Assembly (NCBI GenBank): GCA_963785075.1
Contig: CAWATW010000006.1
Coordinates: 356,412 to 420,411, forward strand
Source: an uncultured bacterium
Lineage (GTDB): Bacteria; Actinomycetota; Acidimicrobiia; Spongiisociales; ZC4RG35
DNA length: 64,000 nucleotides
Direction: 5' to 3'
Shown: positions 17,883 through 27,132 of the stretch, in pieces
Layout of the letters: each line of letters starts with the position of its first letter
Position numbering within the stretch: position 1 is the first letter of the stretch
Translations under genes and position numbers: made by a program
The notes under the pieces: generated by a model
What the model was told of the DNA's origin: nothing
Databases searched by the model: none
What the model saw: only the letters and a program-made list of their open reading frames with translations

Positions 17883-18539
17883 TCACGTATCGCGCGGGAA
17901 GCCCCCCACCGCGTCGAGAATCACGTCGAGTCCGACCTCGAACGTGTCGCTGAACTCGTAGCCGGGCTGGAACACGTGATCGAGTGTGAAGCCGACGAGA
18001 TGAGGGTAGGCGTCTGCGTCCATGGCGGATGCGATGTCCTCGACCACTCCGACGAACTCGCCCTCGGCCTGTGATGGGAGTGAGGCCTCCAGGAGGGCGA
18101 ACCCATATATGTAGGCGTCCAGCATCGCGTTTGCATGGGCGACCATCTGCCAGTTCAGGCCGCCCCGGCGCAGGCACCCAACAACTGCATCGTGATGCCC
18201 GAGGGTCTCCGGGCCGGGTGACGTTCGAGACTCCATGAGGGGCCCCGCCCACCGGTGCTTGTTCAGGACCGCCCTGGCCGACACGCAACGGCGTCGGAGT
18301 TCACCCAGCCAGTCCCCATCGGTCGAGGGGCGCTCGATCTCGGCGAAGACCCTGTCGACCATCCCATCGATGATCGCCTCCTTCGATGGGACGTGGCGAT
18401 AGATCGACATCGGTTTCGTGCCCATCGCTGCTGCGAGCTTGCGGATCGTCAGAGCCTCGATCCCGATCTCGTCCGCCAGGGCTACTGCGCTCTCCAGCAC
18501 AAGGTCTCGGCTCAGCGATGGTTGTGTCGTGTCCTCCAA
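17883..18539 (-). CDS. TetR-family transcriptional regulator
   Basis: ORF track, 218 aa (TTG start; exact start uncertain). HTH ALTIRKLAAAMGTKPMSIYRHVPSKEAI plus a tetracycline-repressor-like C-terminal domain. Confidence 0.8.
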   Translation of the reverse strand: MEDTTQPSLSRDLVLESAVALADEIGIEALTIRKLAAAMGTKPMSIYRHVPSKEAIIDGMVDRVFAEIERPSTDGDWLGELRRRCVSARAVLNKHRWAGPLMESRTSPGPETLGHHDAVVGCLRRGGLNWQMVAHANAMLDAYIYGFALLEASLPSQAEGEFVGVVEDIASAMDADAYPHLVGFTLDHVFQPGYEFSDTFEVGLDVILDAVGGFPRDT

Positions 18540-18563
18540 TTCGGAACCTTCCTCAAGAGCTGC

Positions 18564-18619
18564 TTGACATAGCGTACTAAGTACGCGTAGGGTACGTCCA
18601 TACCGCGTACTAAGTACGC
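18564..18619. promoter_or_regulatory. divergent promoter with two identical 15-bp palindromic operators
   Basis: GCGTACTaAGTACGC occurs at 18572..18586 and again at 18605..18619. The first copy sits between TTGACA (18564..18569) and TAGGGT (18588..18593). Confidence 0.7.
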
Positions 18620-18626
18620 AACCCCG

Positions 18627-18995
18627 ATGGAAGGTAGACTCATGTCAACATCAACCCGCTCCCAGTCTCCGGCGACACCGGACAAGTCGGATGACCGACG
18701 CCGGGAGGAAGCCCGCGAGTACGTGCACGGGCTACGAGCCTTTCAGGTCCACGCATCGGTCTTCACGGCAGGAATGGTCGTCATCTTCTTGGTGAACCTC
18801 TTCACCAACAAGGCTGCCGGGATCAGCGGTGGTGAGTGGTCGGCTTGGTGGTCCGCCTGGGCGCTGATCGGTTGGGGTCTGGGAGTTGCCGTCCACGGGC
18901 TCGTCGTACGGCTGTCCCGGCCCGGGATCTCCTCGGCGATTCGGGAGGACAAGCAGATCGACAAGGTCCTGGCCTCGATGGACCCACACCGCTGA
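18627..18995 (+). CDS. 2TM-domain membrane protein
   Basis: ORF track, 122 aa. An in-frame ATG at 18642 has the better SD (GGAAGG). Contains FQVHASVFTAGMVVIFLVNLF..WWSAWALIGWGLGVAVHGLVV. Confidence 0.7.
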   Translation: MEGRLMSTSTRSQSPATPDKSDDRRREEAREYVHGLRAFQVHASVFTAGMVVIFLVNLFTNKAAGISGGEWSAWWSAWALIGWGLGVAVHGLVVRLSRPGISSAIREDKQIDKVLASMDPHR

Positions 18996-19102
18996 GGTCG
19001 ACGGGAGGACGAGGAGGACGAGATGGGCGAGAAGAAGTACAAACACGCTCTAGGTTCGGCTGACAGGGATGCGAGCGGGCAGACACACGTAGGAGAGGGA
19101 GC

Positions 19103-20077
19103 ATGATGAAGGGAATTGTCCAAGAAGGGTTTGGCGAGCCCAGCGGGGTACTGGCACTCACCGAGGTCGACCTACCCGTGGTGGCCGACGACGAGGTGCT
19201 GGTCCGTGTCCGTGCGGCGTCGATACACATCGGGGCGGTCTACGGGGTGCGGGGATATCCGAAGGTGATGCGCCCGCTGTTCAAGTCGCTCTTGCCCGAG
19301 AGCGGGGTCGTCGGTACGAACATCGCGGGCATCGTCGAAGCCGTAGGCGCGAACGTGACGGGGTTCAGCGAGGGTGACGAGGTGTTTGGTTCGTGCAAGG
19401 GAGCCTTTGCCGAGCTCGCAGTTGCAGAAGCCGACGCGCTCGCCCTTGTGCCGGAGAACCTCACCCTGGAGCAGGCTTCGGCGGTCGGAGTGTCTGCCTT
19501 CACCGCTTTGCAGGGCCTCAGGGACAATGGCGGCCTCCATGAAGGTCAGAAGGTGCTGATCACCGGAGCTTCTGGTGGTGTGGGCACCTTCGCCGTTCAG
19601 ATCGCCAAGGCGTTTGGTGCGAATGTGACAGGGGTCTGCAGCACCCGGAATGTCGACCTGGTCCGATCCATCGGCGCGGACCATGTCATCGACTACACCA
19701 AAGAGGACTTCACCAAAGGCGGCCCAAAGTACGACCTGATATTCGACAACGTGGGTGCCCACTCGCTCAAAGACACAAGATGCGCCCTCTCTCCCGAGGG
19801 GCTGTTGCTTGCCAATGGCGCACCGGCGCCAAAGGGTTGGTTCGGCGGTCTCGGCCATCCCCTGAAAGTCACCCTCGTGTCCATGTTCTCAAAGCAGCAG
19901 GGGGGCTCGTTCCTGTCAAAGGAAAACAAGGAAGATCTGGCCACACTGAGAGAACTTGCTGCCTCAGGCAAGATCGTCCCGGTCATCGACAGGACCGTTC
20001 CACTCGAGAACGGCATTGAGGCGATCGGCCACGTCGGAGAAGGACACAACCGAGGCACCAGCATCATCACCGTCTGA
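19103..20077 (+). CDS. NAD(P)H-dependent medium-chain dehydrogenase/reductase (quinone oxidoreductase-like)
   Basis: ORF track, 324 aa. VLVRVRAASI, Rossmann motif VLITGASGGVGTFAVQIAK and the typical MDR length. Confidence 0.8.
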   Translation: MMKGIVQEGFGEPSGVLALTEVDLPVVADDEVLVRVRAASIHIGAVYGVRGYPKVMRPLFKSLLPESGVVGTNIAGIVEAVGANVTGFSEGDEVFGSCKGAFAELAVAEADALALVPENLTLEQASAVGVSAFTALQGLRDNGGLHEGQKVLITGASGGVGTFAVQIAKAFGANVTGVCSTRNVDLVRSIGADHVIDYTKEDFTKGGPKYDLIFDNVGAHSLKDTRCALSPEGLLLANGAPAPKGWFGGLGHPLKVTLVSMFSKQQGGSFLSKENKEDLATLRELAASGKIVPVIDRTVPLENGIEAIGHVGEGHNRGTSIITV

Positions 20078-20134
20078 TCCGCCTCGCCGGTGAGATCATC
20101 TCTCCCAGCGCAACACACGCCGCGCGCCTGGACC

Positions 20135-20422
20135 CTATGGGATTCGAAAGGGAAAGGCTTCGTACTCCCGGGGAGAGAGCTTCAGGAAGTTGTTCGTGGC
20201 GAGATTGGCCGTGAACCTCAAGGCGAGGACGGCGGTGAAGGCGATGAACCCGGCGCCATAGCCCATGGAGGTGAAGAAGGGGAGGAGAAAGACCCAGAAG
20301 ACTGCGTTGTAGACGAATCTCACGACCCAACGAGGTTGCGGGAACCCCTGTTCGACCGATACATAGCCAGGTGTGTTTTGGCGAAGCCATGCGAACCGCA
20401 GGGTGGTGTGATACTCCACCAC
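20135..20422 (-). CDS. hypothetical small membrane protein
   Basis: ORF track, 95 aa (GTG start). Two hydrophobic segments (VVRFVYNAVFWVFLLPFF, AGFIAFTAVLALRF). Starts 3 nt after the stop of the upstream small ORF. Confidence 0.45.
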   Translation of the reverse strand: MVEYHTTLRFAWLRQNTPGYVSVEQGFPQPRWVVRFVYNAVFWVFLLPFFTSMGYGAGFIAFTAVLALRFTANLATNNFLKLSPREYEAFPFRIP

Positions 20423-20425
20423 CAG

Positions 20426-20584
20426 TCAGAAGAATCCTCCGAGGACTGACAGCGCGATCAGGGCGCCCCTTTCCGACCAGCTGGAAGTAGAAAAGGCGAC
20501 TACGACGAGAACCAGAGTGGGGATCCCCAGACCGAGCATGAGAAGGTTGTTCCAGCGCACCGTCAAGAACTTGTCCTTGGCCAC
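20426..20584 (-). CDS. hypothetical small membrane protein (start uncertain)
   Basis: C-terminal part of ORF 20426..20785. GTG 20584 gives VAKDKFLTVRWNNLLMLGLGIPTLVLVVVAF..ALIALSVLGGFF. The upstream part of the ORF is non-hydrophobic and Arg/Pro-rich. Confidence 0.3.
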   Translation of the reverse strand: MAKDKFLTVRWNNLLMLGLGIPTLVLVVVAFSTSSWSERGALIALSVLGGFF

Positions 20585-20794
20585 TCGAGTCCCTTTTCTC
20601 TGATTGACTGCACTCGGCTGAAACGGCAATCGCAGACCGACAACCATCCTAAACACGGGACTGAGCATCCCCCGTAGCTGGCTGAGAGCGCCATCCAATG
20701 AGCAACGTGTCGCGTGAGCGGGAGCGTCCCGTGGAGAACCGAGACGTCGGGAATCGGGCGTTGTGGGCGGTGATCCGCAGCTCACGCAACACGC

Positions 20795-21919
20795 CTATCG
20801 GTCGTCGAATACGATTTCGCCACCGACGATCGTCGCCCTCACCTTCAGTTCATCGTCGAGAAGTACCAGATCGCCGCGACATCCCGGTGCGAGGCATCCG
20901 CGTGTGTGATCGTCGAGCAGGCCGGCCGGGGTGCTCGTCGCGGAAGCCACCGCCTTGTCGGCGCTCCAGCCGGTGAAATCGATCAGGTTGCGAACTGCCT
21001 GATCCATGCTCAGCACGCTCCCCGCAAGCACACCGCCTTCTGTGCGAGCCACCCAGCCCGTGACGGTGATGGTCTCGTCTCCGAGCCGGTAGACGCCGTC
21101 ACCCCGACCTGCGGCCGCGATGCAATCGGTCACCAGAGCGAGCCGCTGCGGTCCGAGCAGCTCCGCCGCGATCGAGATCATTCTCGGATCCACGTGTATT
21201 CCGTCGACGATCACTCCGGAGACCGCACTTCCGTGGGTCAGGAGCGCCGCCGCCAACCCCGGCTTCCGGTGATCCAGACCGGACATCGCGTTGAACAGAT
21301 GGGTGCCGCAGGTGGCTCCAGCGTCGAGAGCGCTCATGGCGCACTCGAAGTCGGCATCGGAGTGACCCAACGAGACGACGACGCCCTCGCTCACGAGGTG
21401 CTCGATCACCCCTCTCGATCCGGGCAGCTCCGGGGCGACCGTCACCATCGAGATGTGCTCGCAGCCTCCCCAGCCGCCGACGACTCGAACCGAGGCGTCC
21501 TGGATCCGAGATGGCGGATGCGCACCCGGGCGACCCGCGGAGATCATCGGCCCCTCGCAGTGGATCCCGATCGGAGTAGCCCCCTGCCAGCCATCTGGCG
21601 GGCCGGCCCGGAGGATCTCACGTGCGTGCCGCACGATGTCGGCGGTCGACGATATCACCGTGGGGAGGAACGCCGTCACGCCGAATCGCGGAAGCCGGGC
21701 GGCCACGTCCCAGATCGACGACGGATCGGAGGTGAAGTCTCGACCGAACGCTCCGTTGACCTGGAGGTCGATGAAGCCGGGAGCGATTCGCAGGCCCCCG
21801 GCATCCACGCACAGACCACGCTCGCCCTCACCGACGATCCGACCGGCCAGGATCTCCACCGGCGGCGCCGGCCGGTCATCGAGTGTCCGGCCGCCGCCGA
21901 CGAACATGCCGGCGCTCAT
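20795..21919 (-). CDS. nagA: N-acetylglucosamine-6-phosphate deacetylase
   Basis: ORF track, 374 aa. Contains GFIDLQVNGAFG, HCEGP, SLGHSDA and THLFNAMS. Confidence 0.88.
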   Translation of the reverse strand: MSAGMFVGGGRTLDDRPAPPVEILAGRIVGEGERGLCVDAGGLRIAPGFIDLQVNGAFGRDFTSDPSSIWDVAARLPRFGVTAFLPTVISSTADIVRHAREILRAGPPDGWQGATPIGIHCEGPMISAGRPGAHPPSRIQDASVRVVGGWGGCEHISMVTVAPELPGSRGVIEHLVSEGVVVSLGHSDADFECAMSALDAGATCGTHLFNAMSGLDHRKPGLAAALLTHGSAVSGVIVDGIHVDPRMISIAAELLGPQRLALVTDCIAAAGRGDGVYRLGDETITVTGWVARTEGGVLAGSVLSMDQAVRNLIDFTGWSADKAVASATSTPAGLLDDHTRGCLAPGCRGDLVLLDDELKVRATIVGGEIVFDDR

Positions 21920-21932
21920 GCTTGCCGATCGA

Positions 21933-22517
21933 TCAGAGCCCGGAGACGTTCTGCATCAAGGAGTCGATCTGATCCGCGCTCAACTCGCCTGCGGCGCGTG
22001 CCGCCACGGTGCCGTCGGGAGCGACGATCACCCAGAACGGGTACGACGTCAGCCCGAACGATTCGCCAACGGTCGAATCCTCGTCATCCATGATGATGGG
22101 CTCGCTCCACTCCTCCCGGTCGAGCCAGGCGGCGGGCGGGTAATTGGGCTGTCCCTGCTGGCTACCGGTGGCAATCGCAATGACGTCGACGCCGAGACGA
22201 TCCGGGTTCGCCGCGAGCCAGTCGACGACGCGCGGCACCTCGGCCTGACAGTGCGAGCACCAGTGGGCCACGAACAGCATCACGGTGGGGTTCCCCGGCG
22301 TGTACTCCACCGGGGTTCCGGTGGGGTCGACGCCACTAACCGTCGGCGCAGGCTGGCCCACCGCGGGATCGGCATTCGGGCTCTCGAACGGCGTGAGCGC
22401 AGCACCCGAGACCGTCACATCTCCAAAGGCGGGATTGGCGAAATCAGAGCTGGACGCAGAACCACTGCACGCGGCGACGAGCAGGGCAATGGTGACCAGC
22501 GGCAAGATCTCTTTCAT
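21933..22517 (-). CDS. TlpA/ResA-like thiol-disulfide oxidoreductase lipoprotein
   Basis: Lies inside ORF 21933..22832. Start at ATG 22517 (AAGGAG upstream), which forms an ATGA overlap with the dsbB-like stop. Lipobox LLVAAC and thioredoxin motif WCSHC. Confidence 0.8.
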   Translation of the reverse strand: MKEILPLVTIALLVAACSGSASSSDFANPAFGDVTVSGAALTPFESPNADPAVGQPAPTVSGVDPTGTPVEYTPGNPTVMLFVAHWCSHCQAEVPRVVDWLAANPDRLGVDVIAIATGSQQGQPNYPPAAWLDREEWSEPIIMDDEDSTVGESFGLTSYPFWVIVAPDGTVAARAAGELSADQIDSLMQNVSGL

Positions 22518-23023
22518 GTCGACTCCTTGAAACGAGCGATCTGAGTCAGGGCAATGATGAGTAGGAAACCACATCCCGCCATGAATGGGATCGAGACGAA
22601 TCCAAACGCATTCACGTACTTGGCGGAACACGACGCACCGACGACGCACGAATTCTCGCCGCTCAGGGCCGGAAAAGTCTGGATCAGGTAGTGGTACACA
22701 CTGATTCCCGCGCCTATCACCGCGAGCGGCAACGCGTACCATCGCAGGCTGGGGTCTCTCCTCCAGGCGCCGACGGCGATCACGGGGACGAGTGGATACA
22801 TGGCGATCCGCTGAAACCAGCACAGGCGACAAGGTTCGAAGAGGAAGTACTCGGAGTAAGTGAGGCTTCCGAGTGTTGCGATCAGTGCCACGATGGCCGC
22901 ACCCCAGGCGGCGCGCGCCGACACGGCCTCCCTGAGCGACGGGGTCACCGCGAGGAAGGCCGTTGCCACCAGCGCCATCAGCGCCAAGGTGGCCACGAAA
23001 GTGTTGAAGACCTGGACAGACAT
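22514..23023 (-). CDS. disulfide bond formation protein (DsbB/BdbC family)
   Basis: ORF track, 169 aa. Contains FEPCRLCWFQRIAMYP and a second Cys pair (CVVGASC). An alternative in-frame start is at 22978. Confidence 0.8.
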   Translation of the reverse strand: MSVQVFNTFVATLALMALVATAFLAVTPSLREAVSARAAWGAAIVALIATLGSLTYSEYFLFEPCRLCWFQRIAMYPLVPVIAVGAWRRDPSLRWYALPLAVIGAGISVYHYLIQTFPALSGENSCVVGASCSAKYVNAFGFVSIPFMAGCGFLLIIALTQIARFKEST

Positions 23024-23027
23024 GATG

Positions 23028-23103
23028 TGGCAGCCCCGACCAGGTTCGAACTGGCGTTTCCGGCTTGAAAGGCCGGCGTCCTAGACCACTGGACGACGGG
23101 GCC
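23028..23103 (-). tRNA. tRNA-Glu (anticodon UUC), CCA encoded
   Basis: Reverse complement: GGCCCCGTCGTCCAGTGGTCTAGGACGCCGGCCTTTCAAGCCGGAAACGCCAGTTCGAACCTGGTCGGGGCTGCCA. 7-bp acceptor stem, anticodon stem CCGGC/GCCGG with loop CTTTCAA, T-arm GGTTCGAACC. Confidence 0.9.
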
Positions 23104-23260
23104 CTGCGGCAGACAAGCGTAGCCGCTCACAGAATCAGCTCGGCCCCTGGTGCCCCAGTCCGGCTCACGGTGCCGACAGCCCAGGCCGACAGCCGACCTT
23201 CTTCACGCCTCGAGCTGCTCGACCGATCGCCGCTCATTCCGATGAGCCCGCCGATCGGGC

Positions 23261-23719
23261 TCAGTCCAGACCTTCGAGGGCACGTTGGATCTGGGCCGCG
23301 TGCTCCCTCGGGTGCTCCGTGTAGATGCGGAGCCAATCGTCGAGCGTGTAGTGGCCGGAGTCCTCGTGCCTCCCAGAGCGACCCAGATCGTCCACCGAGA
23401 TCCGCTCGAGGAGCTCGAGGTTCGCCAACCGAACCGCCATCAATGTGGCCAGCGAGCCTTCGATCGGCCGGTCGTACGACAACACCCGGGCGTAGTGCTC
23501 CTCGTCGTAGGCCTGGATGACGGGATCCTCCTCAGCCAAGAGCTGCCTGAGCCTGATGCAGCTCCTCAGCTCCGCGTCGGCAAGATGATGCACGACCAGA
23601 CGAGCGGTCCATCCGCTCGGCGGCGTGCGGTCGAGATCCTCTGTGGTTGCGCCTTCGAGGGCGGCGGACACGGTGTCGTAGCCCCGGCGATACTGCTCGA
23701 TGCGGTCGGCGAGGCTCAC
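23261..23719 (-). CDS. DinB-family (DinB_2) protein
   Basis: Lies inside ORF 23261..23989. GTG 23719 forms a GTGA overlap with the gltX stop. Contains WTARLVVHHLADAELR..HYTLDDWLRIYTEHPREH (His-rich four-helix-bundle pattern). Confidence 0.7.
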   Translation of the reverse strand: MSLADRIEQYRRGYDTVSAALEGATTEDLDRTPPSGWTARLVVHHLADAELRSCIRLRQLLAEEDPVIQAYDEEHYARVLSYDRPIEGSLATLMAVRLANLELLERISVDDLGRSGRHEDSGHYTLDDWLRIYTEHPREHAAQIQRALEGLD

Positions 23720-25137
23720 AGTCGAGCCCTCGCAGTCAGGATGCGTTCGAGGGATCGTTCCTTGCCGAGCGCCGCCATCGACTCGAAGAGGGGCGGGCTC
23801 ACCGACGAACCGGTGACGGCCACCCGCAACGGCTGCAGCCCCTTCCGGGCGCCGATCTCGAGCTTCTCGAGCATGGCACGCAGCGCCGTCTCGATCGACG
23901 GTGCATCGAAGGCCTCGAGACTCTCGATCCGACGCACTGCTTCGTCGAGGACGTCGGCAACCCCATCCTTGTCCATGACCTTGGACCACGAACCCTCGTC
24001 GTAGTCGAGCGATGATGCGTAGAGGAAACGCACCTGTTCCGGGACTTCGACGAGGAACTTGGTCCGCTCTTGGACGAGGGGTGCCATGGCTTCAAAAGAC
24101 GACACCTCGCCGACGCTCATTGCACGACCGAGGTCCTGCTCGACAAGGCGCCTTGCGTCCCTCGCGAACTGGTCTGGATCCATCGCTCTGATGTACTCGC
24201 CGTTGATCCAGGCCAGCTTGTCCACATCGAACACTGCCGGGTTCTTCGAGACATCGGCGAGGTCGAAGGCTGCGATCGCCTCGTCGACCGAGAAGATCGT
24301 CTGGTCGGCACCTATCGACCAGCCGAGGAGCGCCAGGAAGTTGACCATCGCCTCGGGCAGGTACCCGCCCTCGCGATACGCCTTGAGCGACGTGTCCCCA
24401 TGGCGCTTCGAGAGCTTCTTCCCGTCGGGCCCGAACAGCAGCGGAAGGTGGGCGTACGTCGGTATCTCGCCCGTGCCGATCGCGCTCGCCAGGAGGAGGT
24501 GCTTCGGAGTGGATGGCAGGAGGTCCTCCCCCCGGGCGACGTGGGTGATCCGATAATCGAGGTCATCGACGACCGATGCGAGATGGTATGTGGGCACCCC
24601 GTCTGATCGCAGAATGACAAAATCATCGACGGCGTCGGCCTCGAACCGCATGTCTCCCCGAACGAGATCCCGGAACTCGACCGGACGATCTTGCGGTACC
24701 GAGAATCGAATCGGACCGGTGCCCGAAGCCGTGTCGGGGCGCCGGATGTAGTAATTCGGGTGGCGCTTCTCGGCCTGGGCCCGCGTCCGCATCTCCTCGA
24801 GCTCGTCCGGGGATCGCGGATCGCGATAGGCAAGACCCCGATCGACCAGGTCCTCTGCGATGTCGCGATAATGATCGAAACGATCCGACTGGCGGTAGCT
24901 CCCGTGCGGCCCGCCCACGTCCACACCTTCGTCCCAATCGAGGCCGAGCCATCGGAAGCCGGCCTTGATGTCGTCCTCGTACACCTGCTCCGATCGCTCG
25001 ACATCGGTGTCGTCGATACGAAGAATGAACGTCCCACCGTGGTGCCGTGCGAAGAGCCAGTTGAAGAGCGCCGCTCGGACGTTGCCGACATGGACATACC
25101 CGGTGGGCGAAGGAGCGATTCGAACTCGGACCGTCAT
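23716..25137 (-). CDS. gltX: glutamate--tRNA ligase
   Basis: ORF track, 473 aa. HIGH-type PSPTGYVHVGNVRAALFNW, RIDDTD and KMSKS-type KLSKR. Confidence 0.92.
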   Translation of the reverse strand: MTVRVRIAPSPTGYVHVGNVRAALFNWLFARHHGGTFILRIDDTDVERSEQVYEDDIKAGFRWLGLDWDEGVDVGGPHGSYRQSDRFDHYRDIAEDLVDRGLAYRDPRSPDELEEMRTRAQAEKRHPNYYIRRPDTASGTGPIRFSVPQDRPVEFRDLVRGDMRFEADAVDDFVILRSDGVPTYHLASVVDDLDYRITHVARGEDLLPSTPKHLLLASAIGTGEIPTYAHLPLLFGPDGKKLSKRHGDTSLKAYREGGYLPEAMVNFLALLGWSIGADQTIFSVDEAIAAFDLADVSKNPAVFDVDKLAWINGEYIRAMDPDQFARDARRLVEQDLGRAMSVGEVSSFEAMAPLVQERTKFLVEVPEQVRFLYASSLDYDEGSWSKVMDKDGVADVLDEAVRRIESLEAFDAPSIETALRAMLEKLEIGARKGLQPLRVAVTGSSVSPPLFESMAALGKERSLERILTARARL

Positions 25138-25162
25138 GATTTCTCCCTCCCGGGATCCTCGG

Positions 25163-25918
25163 TCATGGTCTGACGACCCTGTTCATCAGCGTGCCGATCC
25201 CGTCGATTTCGACCTCGACGACCTCACCGGGGACGACGGGGACGGCGCCGTCCGGTGTTCCGGTGAGCACCACGTCGCCGGGGAGCAACGTCATGATCGA
25301 GGTGATGAACTCGAACAACGCCCCGACGCCGAACACCATGTCCGACGTGAACCCGGCCTGTCGGACCTCGCCGTCCACCCGCCCGATGATCGCCAGCCGC
25401 TCCAGCGGATCAAGCTCCGTCTCGACCGCAGGTCCGAGCGGGCAGAAGGTGTCGAACGAGCGGGCGCGCCCGGTGTGCCCGTCTCGAGCAGCGAGATCGG
25501 CGGCATGGACATCGTTGGCGGCCGTGTACCCGAACACGTACTGCGACACGTCCTCGGCGCGTACCCCCCGTGCCACGCGCCCGACCACCACCGCGAGTGA
25601 GGCCTGAGGCACCACCTCGGTGCTGGACGGCGGGAAGGCGATGGCGGTGTTGGGACCCGTCACGCTCGTCGCCGGCTTGACCGAGATCACGGGCTCATCC
25701 GGCGGCGCCGCGTCACCGTCGAGATCCAAGAAGTTCGAGTCGACCGTGACGATCTTGGAGGGAAGCACCGGAGCCAGCAGTTGCACTTGATCCCAAGGGA
25801 CGACCGTCTCGGTTGCCTCCCACGCAAACAGCGGGGAGCCCTGGTAGACGGTCACGCCATCGGCGTCGGCCAGGCCGTAGGCGATGTCGTCGCCGGCTTT
25901 GAATCGAACGATCTTCAT
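25163..25918 (-). CDS. fumarylacetoacetate hydrolase (FAH) family protein
   Basis: ORF track, 251 aa. Contains LAVVVGR, GYTAANDVHA, SFDTFCPLGP and LLPGDVVLTGTP. Confidence 0.82.
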   Translation of the reverse strand: MKIVRFKAGDDIAYGLADADGVTVYQGSPLFAWEATETVVPWDQVQLLAPVLPSKIVTVDSNFLDLDGDAAPPDEPVISVKPATSVTGPNTAIAFPPSSTEVVPQASLAVVVGRVARGVRAEDVSQYVFGYTAANDVHAADLAARDGHTGRARSFDTFCPLGPAVETELDPLERLAIIGRVDGEVRQAGFTSDMVFGVGALFEFITSIMTLLPGDVVLTGTPDGAVPVVPGEVVEVEIDGIGTLMNRVVRP

Positions 25919-26047
25919 GTGGCCACCGACGGTAGAGCGCAGCCAGGAATGCGGCCAAACCTTCGCGCCACCTTGGCTGCACGACGACCGAGGGCCGGAT
26001 GCTCGGTGGCAGGACTGTGGTGCAGGTTCACCGAACCGACCGCAACA

Positions 26048-26584
26048 TCACGGGTAGTACTCGTCGGAGCGATAGGCGGTATCCGGGTACGGCGTGGTGA
26101 CGCCCTCCACCGCCTTCGTGAAGTGTTCGATCCCCACGGTGAGGAACAGCGCATTCACCTCGACGTGCACCGTTCCGTCGGGTCCGTAGCCGACCGCCTC
26201 GGCGGACAGCTTGCGCCCGTTCACGCCTGAGAGCCAGGCCTCACCTCTGACGGTGACACCGAGCTGGATCGGGTGCAGGTAGTTGACCTCGAGCTTGGCG
26301 GTGACGGCCGGCTTCTGATGCACCATGGCCACGAATCCCATCAGGTCGTCGAAGAACGCCGCTATCGCCCCGCCGTGGGCGAGGCCGGGACCGCCTTCGA
26401 ATCGTGGTTGGAATCGCAACTCGGCGGTGACCTTGTCACCTTCGTATACGGGCACGATGCCCAGCCTCACATCGTTGTCAGGCCCACAACCGAAACAGGT
26501 GGGCAGATGATGCTTGGGCATTGCACCGAGGAGGGACTTGTCGGGAACGGGAACCACGTTCCCGCTGAGGAACCGGAAGGTCAC
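26048..26584 (-). CDS. PaaI/hotdog-fold thioesterase
   Basis: ORF track, 178 aa. Zn-ribbon-like CFGCGPDN, then GGPGLAHGGAIAAFFDDLMG. GTGA overlap with the upstream gene. Confidence 0.75.
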   Translation of the reverse strand: MTFRFLSGNVVPVPDKSLLGAMPKHHLPTCFGCGPDNDVRLGIVPVYEGDKVTAELRFQPRFEGGPGLAHGGAIAAFFDDLMGFVAMVHQKPAVTAKLEVNYLHPIQLGVTVRGEAWLSGVNGRKLSAEAVGYGPDGTVHVEVNALFLTVGIEHFTKAVEGVTTPYPDTAYRSDEYYP

Positions 26585-27123
26585 AGGCCGACGGTCAACG
26601 TCTTGCGCAATTCATCCGGTTTCATCCTGAGCTGCTCCACCGTTACGTCCGCCACCGCCGCTCGGCCCTTCGATCGCTCGTGGGCTACGGCGGAGGTCCA
26701 GCGGCGGCGCCGCGCCGAAAGGTCCAGAGGAAGGCCCTCGCCCATCCCACACAGCAGCTTCGCCACGGCGAGATCCTCGGGGATCGGCGCTCTGCCGAAC
26801 GACGCTGCCCTGGCCGACATCAGCGCCGCCAACACGCTCTCGAGGTTGGAGTCGATGTCACCGCCGACATGGCGGATGATCTTGAGCGCCCAGCCCGTGT
26901 CGGGTCCGGGTGTGCCGAAGGTCCCGCCCGCCGGAACCTGCCCAGGAGAGGTGATCACACCCGGCTTGTCGCCGGCCGACCATCTGCGCGCCGGCGAGGT
27001 GTCGAGTCCGGTTCTCGGCAGATCAGAAGGGTCGAGTTCGATGTTCGGCTGCTGCGCCACCTGCTTCGCTCCTGACGATGGTCTCTTGGTCCACATCTTG
27101 CACGTTCCAGCGGCTGCGGACAA
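26581..27123 (-). CDS. hypothetical protein
   Basis: ORF track, 180 aa (alternative start ATG 27097). No motif recognised. Sits in an operon between the S9 peptidase and the thioesterase. Confidence 0.5.
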   Translation of the reverse strand: MSAAAGTCKMWTKRPSSGAKQVAQQPNIELDPSDLPRTGLDTSPARRWSAGDKPGVITSPGQVPAGGTFGTPGPDTGWALKIIRHVGGDIDSNLESVLAALMSARAASFGRAPIPEDLAVAKLLCGMGEGLPLDLSARRRRWTSAVAHERSKGRAAVADVTVEQLRMKPDELRKTLTVGL

Positions 27124-27132
27124 ACGTGGTCC

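Noticed and set aside
17662-18288. 208-aa minus-strand ORF overlapping the TetR gene region
   Set aside because: It is out of frame with the clear TetR coding sequence (17883..18539) and has a highly Arg-rich product.
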